Assembly: GCA_013239625.1 (NCBI GenBank)
Contig: MU053365.1
Location: 2,142,115 to 2,206,114, forward strand
DNA: 64,000 nucleotides
DNA from: Lama guanicoe
Lineage: Eukaryota
Direction of reading: 5' to 3'
The position numbers were made by a program, and so were the translations under genes. The stretch's first letter is position 1, and each line of letters begins with the position of its first letter. Under the pieces are notes generated by a model. It worked only from the letters and a program-made list of their open reading frames with translations. It searched no databases and was not told the DNA's origin. Below, in pieces: positions 53,240 through 64,000 of the stretch.

Positions 53240-53507
53240 ATACAGAAAGAAAATAAATGAACAAACCAAACCAAACAAAACAAACACGTAGATACAGAGA
53301 ACATAGAAGTGGTTCCCAGAGGGGAAGAGGCAGAGGGGAGAGTGAAATGGGTAAAGGGGATCAACCGTAGGGTGATGGATGGGAACTCAGTTTTTGGTGG
53401 TGAGCATGCTGTAGTATAGACAGAAGTAGAGATATAATGCTGTACACATGAAACTTATATAACGTTAAAAACCAGTGTTACCTCAATAAAATAAAAATTT
53501 AAAAAAT
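53240..53507 (+). mobile_element. L1 3' tail (laurasiatherian type, different from the other young tails)
   Basis: gtagatacagagaac..aaatgggtaaaggggatcaac..tgtacacatgaaacttatata..ttacctcaataaaataaaa. Confidence 0.8.
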
Positions 53508-53568
53508 TTTAATAGACATGAAATTTCTTTCCCCAAAGACTGTAATAATCCACAGTTTAACAGCAATG

Positions 53569-53756
53569 CCCCACCTATTTTTTGACTTTTTATGGTCAGC
53601 CTAGGAACTGTCATGGAGCCTGTGGATGTGCCATGAGGCTCAAGGTCTACTGGAAGTCGAAACTTCCACCATCTTGGTCCTAACCACTTTGTCCTGTCCT
53701 CAATTGCTGTGTCATTCCTTTAATGGTTGTGCCCCGACCCCTTCCCTCCTGCCTCA
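53569..53756 (-). mobile_element. Partial MER41-like ERV1 LTR (5' ~190 bp)
   Basis: Minus strand tgaggcaggagggaaggggtcggggcacaaccattaaaggaatgacacagc is near-identical to the start of the 15506 LTR. Confidence 0.85.
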
Positions 53757-56700
53757 GATGAAGCACACTAATGGGGTGGCAAGTGACATCAACCTTCTCC
53801 AGGCATTTCATAGAGCTCTGTGGTACATACCCCCAAATCCCTCTACATTATGAGCTTAATCTCAAACCTTTCGTACTTGTCCTCAGGATCTTTCCCAGTC
53901 CCAGGAGAAGAAAGCTCTGCATTAGTTATCTCTTCCCATAATGCTCAAAACCTTCATTTGGCCCCGGAGGCCAATATTGACTTAGGAGAGGCAGATACAA
54001 TCACCTGCCCCTTTCCTCTCCAGCATTTTCTAGTTCTGCTTTCCATATGACTAGACAATATTTTTAAAAATAATAACCAATGTAATATCTTGGTTTTCCC
54101 AAGAAATTGAGCCTTAGTCTCATGGATTTTCTTCTCTCAAGAGTGATACACAGACATCTCAGTGCTTTCTATACACCCCAACAAGGGAAGAATGAAGAGG
54201 ACAGAGGGACTCAAGGATAAGGTAATGGTGGTAAGAACAGTGGGTATGACCCTGGTGACCTGCATGCCCACTTTAACTCCTTTAGGATGGACTGATGAAT
54301 CAAATATCAGGGTGAGCGAATGAAATAGAACATAAAATGAATCTCTCCAACACCTTGACACATGTAACCTCCTTTACAATTCAGGCACAGCCCCAAGGAA
54401 AGGAAGGAACCCTGAATTGATTCACAGTAATTTTTGTTACTGTGGAGACTGGAATTTTAAAACAAAAATTAGGGTTTTTTAGAAAATGAAGTTAAATTTA
54501 TATGCCTTGTTTGTAGACTAAAATAAATTTGCATCTAGAATGTCATACTTTGACTTCCTATAACTACATCTACACCTTGCAGGTTGTCAGCTATTACTTA
54601 GATTTGTATGGTGACATGTTTGGCTCCTCAACTTCCTAATCCTTATTCATGTATGTGGTCATTTTTCATAGCATCTACACACTATATGCAGCTTTCTTGT
54701 ATTTTCTCTTTCCAGTGCATTCGCTCCATGTTTCATTAAATTATTCAGGAAAATTTCCTCCAGGATACAACTCTTATCTGAACCCAATCAACCATTCTAG
54801 GTATGTGTAACCTTGAAAGAGGTAATATAAAAATCATGAAAAATAGTGCAAATCTGCTAGATAGAGAAAACCTGATAATCAGTAGCAGGCGTGTTTAAAG
54901 GGCATTCAGGGAATCTGGTTATATATCACTAACTGCATGGAAAAATCAGTGGAAAGAAAGGAAGCTTCTAACTATTATCTAGTATTTCCTTTTGTTAAGG
55001 ATAGGACTCGGAAAAAAATATCAAGTCTGTCAAATCTAGGGAAAGTCATTAGTCACTTGTAACGGTACTGATTTTCCTGTCCCCCAAACTCCCAAGTTTC
55101 ATCTCTAAAACCTCTACTGTGTATTTTTTCACATCCTTTAAACTCATTAAATTGGTGGATTCCCCCATCTCAGGCCACAAGTATTTCCGATGGACACAGT
55201 TATTATAAGATAGTATCTGCTACATCAATGCCCTCAGAGAGAGATTTCAATACAGCATAAACTGAGATGAAAACACAACTAAAGTACAAATTAAATAATA
55301 TGTGACATGTTAAGGTTAATTGAAAACAATAGGGAGGGGACAGAATCACTTTATCATGTGTAATGATGAAAAGTCACTCAAGATAACATAGAAGCAAATA
55401 ATTTTCATCAAATGATCCCTGTGTTTTTTAAACAAAGGATTTGAAAGTTTATATTTCTCTATTACCAAAATTAAGCTTAATCAAATTTCTTGGGGGGAAA
55501 AAGAAATAAGAAATAACTGGATTATTCATTCTCAGAAATGTTTGATTCACCCATACATACCCATGTATAGTATTTTCTTCATTTTTACAAATGAAATATC
55601 ACAAGTAGAATTCTGTATTTCTACTTGTAGCAAAAAGTAGCAAAACTTTCACATAAATCCTGATTCACACTCCCACTGGTCTCCTATCACAACCATAATT
55701 AACAGATATTATGCATCTGGCACGTGTAACCTGCAGATGTTAATGCTTTACACTAACGATGTCAGCAATTTTCCCGTTAATTTGTATTTTACTACCGCAG
55801 TTAAATGCCCTAAATATCTGCAGCACTTCTGCACGAGTTTTGTTCTGCATATTAACATGTAGCAGGCAGGAAGAGAAGGCTGCCTGCTTGCAATGGACTC
55901 GGTAAATAACTAGGTAAGTTCACAACAGAGGGACACCGGCCTGGAGCATCACCCAGAAGAATAGATCAGCCCCGAGCACTGCAACCTTCACAGGAGGGTG
56001 TAGACGTTGTATTGTGCAAGTCCATCTCAAACAGAAGGGATATTGTATGTTTCTGTTTTTTACCAAACATATCTGTGTGTCTTTGAAAAGCCTCAGAACA
56101 TAAAAATAACGCTTAGCATTCATGCACAGCCATTTCCCCCACGAGCTCTGATTGTATTTTCTCAAGAACTTGGACAAATGCTTTTGTTATGACACCTTTG
56201 CTAAGCAGCAATGAATTCCAGCATTTTAATGGGAGGAAACTGCCACATAACATTACAGTACAGGGACTCCAATACCATTTTGCTTGCCACCTTGGGAATG
56301 AGCAATGCTTTGGCTGTGCGGATGCATATGCAGAATCTTTTTTTTTTTTTCTTAAGAAAAGGCTTTGAAATTGGTTAGACAACTGGTTATTCTGAAAACA
56401 AGTAAAATCCCAGCAGCACCCTTCTAGCTAGATTTTGTGGCATCACGGGGCACTTTATAACTTTGCATTAGGGTTCTTGGCAGACTGTAGTCCAGAAGTG
56501 AGCCACACTCAAGTCCTTCCAAGGAAATACCGTCAGATACAAAGGTTGGACATCCATAATAATAATGAACTGGCCAGGGGCCATAACGCAGGGTCACCTT
56601 ACACTGAGTAGCCAAATGATGTTTGTAGATCTCAGCCGTATGCCTTTATTGTGCCAAACAATCAGAGCATATGTAATGTCCCTGTCTAATTAATAGTTAT

Positions 56701-57289
56701 CCTAAATTCCCTGCATCTAGTAAAAATGTGTCAAGGACATTTGAGAAAATTTCCCAGTATAGATTCAGATTTGTGGATGGTGCTTTTCCCCCTGTATTTT
56801 CAGTGTTCCTCCGTACCTTTCCACAACAAATTGATTTATGGCTCAATTCAGACAAGCATTATGCTCAGAAAACAGCCATTATTTCTCTGCACAAAAGTGA
56901 GAACCACCTTACAGGCACCACCTCCAGTTACAGAAGCCCACTATCTCCAGCCTTGGTTTGCTTTGGTGGAATTTGATTACTGGGTGGCTGAAAATAGCAA
57001 ATGGTCAGAGGCAGAGATTACCGAGGCAGCATGGAAGGCAATGTAGCTATCAAAAAGAGGGAAGTTAAGACCAAAGGGAAGCCGACTACACACAGAGGAC
57101 TCAATTATAGTGCCTGGCGTAAGGTAGGCAACTGAGAAGTAGTGATTAAATAAGGAAGAAAAGCAGGGAGAAAATGAGTGATGTTCCTTGCTCCCAACGA
57201 GTAATGCCCTCAACTTAGATTAGTGTGCAGTGTAAAGCAGGAAACACTGGCAGACTCTGCCACAGATATTTGCATGTTAAATTGTATGA

Positions 57290-57480
57290 CATTGACAAGG
57301 GACTCTTAAACTTTGAGCCTGTTTCTTCACCTGTAAAATGGGGTGGGATGATCACCTAGCTCCCCTGCTCCCCTGTGTTCGTGTGTGTGCAGACGGGTCT
57401 GCACAGGTGTGCATGCAGACAGGTAAGGACACGATGCCATCACGTTTGTACCTGCCCTGTAAACTATATGATATGCAACA
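57290..57480 (+). mobile_element. MIR SINE
   Basis: gagcctgtttcttcacctgtaaaatgggg. Confidence 0.6.
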
Positions 57481-58171
57481 TTTCTTTTGTATTTTGAACA
57501 TTTTTTTTCTTTTAGGGTTGATTTAGATCAAGTCTGACTCACGCCAGTTCTTTCTGGTTCATAGACTTCACGGCAATACCTGGCGCTAAGAAATCCTGCC
57601 TTCTTATAGCAAGAAGTTAAGATGAGTAAGAAATATGTCAAACTGAAATACTTTTCCACAGTTAGAGTGGGGTGATAAGGTTAAAAATATAATTCATAGA
57701 TTAATTGGATCAGGTGAGTCAATAAAATGCCTTGCATTATACAGTAAGCTTTAGCAAGACAAAGGAAAAGCCTAAATCTGTGCCAGCCTGGAGTATTATC
57801 AGGTGCATTAGGATCATGCCCTAAGAAATCAATTCTTTTCTAACAGCCTTGAAATATGGGTCTTTGCCCTTTTAAGCTCTTGTTAAGGATGTGATGTGGG
57901 GAGCTGGTGAGTAGAACAGAATTCTTAGTACACTTGCAAAAAAAAAAAAAAAGAGGAGAGAGAACACTCAGTAACACCTGCAAGCTCAAAGGCATGTGCT
58001 AAGAATCACTACAAATGGATTTTAACCTTTTTTTTTCTGAATTTGAAGAAAAAATTTAAATGAGCATGTTTACTTTGAAATACTATGATGATTTTATAAA
58101 AATGAAACAATGGGTAATTGTCCAAACTGAGACAGTAGTCCATTTTTAAAAATTAAGACTTCACTGTTAGA

Positions 58172-58454
58172 CTCACAGACGCAGAAAACAAACTTGTGGT
58201 TACCAGGAGAGAAGAAGAGGGGGTGAGGAGGGATAAATTGGGAGCTGGGGATTTGCAGACACTGCTATATATAAACTAGATAAACATCAAGGTCCTACTG
58301 TCCAGCACAGGGAACTATATTCAATACCTTGTAATAGCCTATAATGAAAAAGAATTTGAAAAGGAACATACACATGTATATATGTATAGCTGAATCACTA
58401 GGCTGTATACCAGAAACACCCAGCATTGTAAATCAACTCTACTTCAACTTAAAA
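58172..58454 (+). mobile_element. Young L1 3' tail with TSD
   Basis: ctcacagacgcagaaaacaaacttgtggttacc..aaatcaactctacttcaac; TSD aaga(ct/ac)tcactgttaga at 58155 and 58455. Confidence 0.9.
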
Positions 58455-58699
58455 AAGAACTCACTGTTAGATATCACTTGCGAAAGAGAAGCACTAAGTA
58501 TAAACAACTGGTCATTTATATGTATATGTTGTTTCAATGTAAAAATATTTTTCTAGTAAAATTCTACTGTATCTAACTTTTCAAATCTATTGACAGGTTG
58601 CTATTTTGAATATTCTCTTATATTTTAATTCTCTACACTATTTATTGATATAGCCCCTTCTAAATTCTAAATACTTTAAAAAAATCTTTGTGAACTCTG

Positions 58700-60395
58700 T
58701 TATTTGCTCCCTTGAGCAATCATTTCGGACGTTTGCCTGTTTTCAGAAGAATAACCTTTGGGTTTGCTTATTTACTAATCTAATCAGGAAAAATTTGTAT
58801 TTAATTAATTTTCTGTTTGAAATCTTCCCTTCCTTCTGTTTTCTTTACTTTTACTTTATTCTTCTATATTTGGGAGTTGAACACAGTACATTAATTTTCA
58901 GCCTTATTTTATGTATAACAATTTATGGCTAAAAATTTCCATCAATGTACAAATTTAGCTGCATTGTTCATTTTTGAAACGATGTGTGCTTGTCACTTCA
59001 TCATCACTAATTCATAATTTCCATTAGGTTTTTACATTGACTCATGAGTTATTGAAAAGTACAAATTTTATTATCAAATATATGAGAAAGTAGTGATGTT
59101 AGCTCACTTACTGCTATTTATTTTGTCTTATTTAATTTTATTGAAATCACAAAATTTGATCTACATGATACAAATTCTTGAGTAAGTGTTTGGACTTCTT
59201 TTACAGTCTAGTCCAAGGTAAATTTGGGGGTAAATATTCCATGTGTGCTTGAAAAAGATGCATTCTCTGTTTGTTGGATGAAATGCTCTATCTTGTCCAC
59301 TGATCAAAGTTGTTATCGAGATGATTAAATTTTCTGTATTCATATTATTTGTCCATTGTATTTATTGATGTTCTGTTTGTTCTTTTTCAAAAAATTACTC
59401 CCCAGTTCATTCACTGTGACTTTCAGATTTTAGAGTTTACCTTCTCATCATTTTAAACATAGTTACTCCATGGTCTTTTCCAGGTCATTCTGTTATATGC
59501 ATTTTCTTGGTCTGCTAAATCTGTAGTTTTTTAATATCAGCTGGCACTTGCTCATGGTGACAGGTTTCATCATGTGCTTTGTATTTCTTTTCTATGTGTC
59601 TAGTCCCCAGTTTAAAGTTGCTTTATTTGTTTTTGTTTTCCTCATTGAGTCTTAAATGCCTTAGGCTGGAAAAATGCCCTTGCAAAGTGGTTTTGTATTT
59701 CCTTTTAGGGAGGTCCCATAGAGATTTTAGTGGCCCTTGTCCCATTTTTACTTTATTCCGAGAACTTGTCGGATTTAACATACGAGCAGGCATTATAAAA
59801 TTGGAACCCACGCCTATGCATGGCACAAGTCTGAGATTTCTCATGGGTGTCTTTTCTATTTCTTTCCACACAATATGAGCAAGCAGACAGAAGTTGAATT
59901 TACTTGCTGTTTTCAAGGCCAGTTGGTGAAATTTTTCCAGTTCCCTTTTTAAAGCTTTTTATTAAAGCATAATATTCATATAGAAAAGAACTCTTATAAC
60001 TATGCAGTTTGTAGAAGTTTTATAAATTTTCATTTGTGTAATCAGTATCCAAATAATGATGATAACAGAATGGAATATTACATAATCCCAAAGACCCCCT
60101 CCATGTCCCTTTCCATTCACTATTTCCCACCAAGGTTAACCATTATCCTGACTGCTAATGTCAGAAATTAATTTGTCTGCTTTTGAACTTCATATCAATG
60201 GAGTCACATAGCATATACTCCTTTGTGCCTGACTTGTTTTCTCTTGACGTTACGTTTGTGAGATTCCTCTGTGTTGTCACACGTAGTTAGATTTCATCAG
60301 CTCTCATTGCTTCAGTGTATTCCGCTGTGTGACTGTAGGACAGTTTATCCATTCTACTGTTGAAGGTCATTAGGGCACTTTCTAGTTTGGAGCCT
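58700..60395 (-). mobile_element. Old L1M relics (several fragments)
   Basis: Antisense L1 blocks (aaatattccatgtgtgcttgaaaa; ttttgaacttcatatcaatggagtcac; ttatccattctactgttga). Confidence 0.65.
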
Positions 60396-60590
60396 GTCCT
60401 TTCCTAAACATGCTAGCTCCATATTAAGGGATAGGTTAGTTCTCCTGGGGTCTCACTTCCAGCCACCTTGCCCCCTCTACCCTGATGCAGGAAGCCCTGT
60501 CCCTGTGGGGGCACTGTGACACAGCAGATCACAGTCACTGCTGAGGCCTTAATTTTTCTCATTTCTGGAAATCTAGTTTCAGGTCAGTTT

Positions 60591-60853
<263 letters not shown>

Positions 60854-62113
60854 AGGTAACTTCTGAACTGTATTTTATCCAAAATATGTACCTGCTTGCC
60901 AAGGGCTATGGGCCTGTCCACATTTGCTTAGTCCCCCTCGGGCCCCATTTATTTCCAGGACACCACGCTGCCTGAGGCCCTCCCTGACTCTTCCCTGACC
61001 AGGTAAGCATGCTTTCTCTCACCCCACCCCCACCCCCTGTGCTGTCATAGTGGCGCAAAACTTCTGTTACAGTCATCATCCCACCCCTGAACTTATCCCT
61101 GTATGTGCTTTTTTCTCACTGGATTGTGGATTTCTTAAAGACACAAGCTGTCAATTCTTCCCCCCAGCATTTACAAGGGGTGGGGTCTGAGAATTGGAGC
61201 CAGACTGATGTACAAACTGAAAAGACAGTTATCTTCCAAATTTTGCCTTTATCCTGCTTTTTTTTCCAACTTTCTTGGGGAAATTTTTGGAGAGTATTCT
61301 AACAAAACAAAGAAAAGAAAGTCGGAACACCCATGGGTGCACATCTAGATACACCTGTTATAAACGTATATGCAAATATGCCTTCACTTGACATGTATCT
61401 CAAAAGACAAAATCTGACAATTTGCCTAAGACTCTCATATCAATATGCTATTGTTGAGCCTGAACACTGCCTTAAGTATAGCCAGGCAGTGAAGTAGAAA
61501 CTCTAGCAATTAATTGTTGAATTTGATAAATAAGTTCATCCAAGTGGCTCATATATGTCAACATTTCTGCTTTCACTTTGAAAGCAATGGTCACTTCAGT
61601 TCTCCACTTGTGTAGACAAGCCTTAGAAGGAAAACAAGGAATCCTGTTGGCATAACAGGAAGAGTTCTCTAAATGAGATGCTTCCTACAGCAGCATTCTT
61701 TTATATTCCCTGCAATAAAATCTTAGGGCCAGTGGAGCCATGTGGTTACTTAGCAACTACTGTGTTGATTCTTGACAACCAGGTATTATGTAAAAGAAAT
61801 AAAATCAGGAATTCTGTGTACATCAGTACAAATCAAACCCCACATCCACCAGTGCTAGAAAGCTACCGCAAATAAACTACACCTCCCCTCCAAAAATACC
61901 ACAAACCCCCATGCAAATAGTAGCTCTGCACCTTTTTGCATTAACCCTTAAAACTACACTTTTACCACCATAAGAAATGATCAAAATGCAGGTATCAGCA
62001 TGCAATAATGAGGATGAATTTAACATAATAATACCTTTAAGAGAAAACAGACTTCTCTCTAAGGAATGTTGATGATCAAATAAATATGGGAGCCTCAAGG
62101 CACTATTATAAAT

Positions 62114-62607
62114 TACCCACTGAAATAAAATCACACAATGTGAGCATTGTGAGTTAAGTTTCATTTGGGGCAAAATGAGGACTGTAGCCCAGGAGACAGC
62201 ATCGCAGACAGCTCTGAGGCACTGCTCCCAGGAGGCAGGGGGAGCTCAGTACCATATGCGATTTCAGTGCAGGGGGGACGTGCAGTCAAGCCCGCATTTA
62301 AGGCACAGGCTTGCTGCTGGGCACAAGGAGCAGGTGTCACTGTTAATGATTTTAGTGCTTTTCTAGAGATGAGGAGATGCAAAAATCAGGCTCCTAATAT
62401 CTTCTCCTGAAAATATCTAACTATCTGAAGGCCTGTTCCACCAGTTTGCCCAGAGCACAGAGCGCCTCATTCCTGACCCCCACCCTGAACTCCTTTCAGT
62501 CAGGGTGTGTTGACGGTCGTGATTAACCCTTGCAGAGGGAGACGGCAAGTGCCAACGTGATTCAGTCCTTGTAGAGGCAGGTGGCAAGTGCCAATTTTTA
62601 GTTGGCA
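62114..62607 (-). mobile_element. ERV1-type solo LTR (cetartiodactyl/laurasiatherian family)
   Basis: Recalled LTR blocks (tttggggcaaaatgaggactgtagcccaggagacagc; gttaatgattttagtgcttttctag); ends agttggca. Confidence 0.75.
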
Positions 62608-62959
62608 AAGGTTACCAGCACTGGTACTGTTAGAGGTCGGGCCATTCAGAAGGGTAAATGGAAACTTTGCAGTGGGATCCAGGTATATATCTGGGGTGGG
62701 AGGTGCTCACACGAGCTCAGGGTACGGGTCATATTTGTCAGTCACCACTGCATGCCCAGCACCGCCTAGTGCATGGTAGCCACTCACTATGTGGTGAATG
62801 AATTTGAGAGGAAATTCTTTCCAGGATAATTAGAGACTGAACAAGGAAAAGCTGAACACAGTTCAGAGCTGCCTTCAAAGCTGAGGGCGTTAAATAGCTG
62901 GGGGATGAAAGAACACTTGATGATCAAATAACTGCTCCTATTTACCTGCTGTTTTACAG

Positions 62960-63065
62960 TTTTAAAGCACTTTATTTTCTGTTATCTCAAGGGTACCTTG
63001 CGTAGCTCTGAGAGGGTCAGGGCAGGTGTTATTCTCATCTGCAGTTTACAGATGCACAGGCAGTA
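62960..63065 (-). mobile_element. MIR fragment
   Basis: ggcaggtgttattctcatctgcagtttacagatg. Confidence 0.5.
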
Positions 63066-64000
63066 GTAACACCATGGCCATTTTATTAGGAATGCTAAAA
63101 CCGAAAGAATTTCTTTTTCATTAGTGAGTGTAACCCCATGTATGACACACGGACTCCCGGGAGGATGCATCCCTTGTGCAGGGTTTCTTCAGGGTGTCTC
63201 CTCCACCCTGCAACACTCATGGCTTAGAAAGTGAATTGTATAAAGTCACGCCTAGCATTGCCTTTTTCCTAAGTACCCTTACAGTACAGAGTTTAAAGAA
63301 GGATGCTCAGTCACATTCATCACAGAGGATTCTTGGAGGCAGGCATGTTAATGGTGGCTGGCTTTCCAAAAGCACTAGTGGAGAGGTGTGTGGAGAAAAG
63401 GGCAGAGATCATGCCTCTTGGCACTTAGGGCGAGAGAGGAAAGCCCCTGTGAAATAGGAGATGAGGCCAACACGTGCCAACTACTGTATTTGAATCCACC
63501 ATTCCTTCATTTTTAGAATTTTCTGATTTAAAATTGCAAGAAGCCTTTTCTGCCTCTGCAATTTATTTCTGCTTTCTTATATTTGCCAAGAAAGTTTTCC
63601 TAAACTTGCAATCCAGGAATATCCAGGTTAAGTTCATCACTTTCTCCCAGCTCCGAAAAGGGATGGAATAAAAGGATGCTAGGCCCTTGTACAGTCATCT
63701 CTACTAGGTTGAATGAATGCAAACATGGCAACAATTTTATTCTTCTTATACTTCAGATGCTGCTACAGCAGAAGGCGTTAGCCCTTAATATCTGTGAGTC
63801 TCTCTAACTGGCCCACAGTAAACATATTTTAGGCTCAAGCTGGGACCCTTGTTGAAAAATGTTCGTTGGTATAACACTGGACACTGTATAAGTTGGTCCC
63901 GCTGTACATTTATAACCATCAGCTGCAAATGGGCCCTGAACACAGCCTCACCAGCCTAGCACATCCCTGTAATCAACATGCCCACTCTTCACAAACATCA

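Noticed and set aside
56424..57046. ORFs of 63-106 aa in unique sequence
   Set aside because: No recognisable domains, mostly non-ATG starts, no exon structure.

Overview
Mammalian genomic DNA, most likely camelid, inferred from a tRNA-Ala-derived vic-1-type SINE and cetartiodactyl-type L1 3' tails. No intact protein-coding CDS is recognisable. The one clear gene-related signal is a CpG island at ~6750-7310, broken by an 83-nt N gap, with minus-strand splice donors. It looks like the promoter/first exon of a leftward-running gene that I cannot name. Abutting it is a ~0.8-kb degenerate ~30-bp tandem array built on the palindrome AACTAGTT, the most unusual sequence in the window. The rest is repeat-rich: a near full-length Tigger1, several ERV1/MaLR solo LTRs (three MER41-like), young L1 tails with target-site duplications (TSDs), old L1M/L2/MIR/MER5/MER58 relics, a short RPLP0 retrocopy and a ~133-bp (TA)n tract. 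All family names come from recalled consensus sequences, not a database search.
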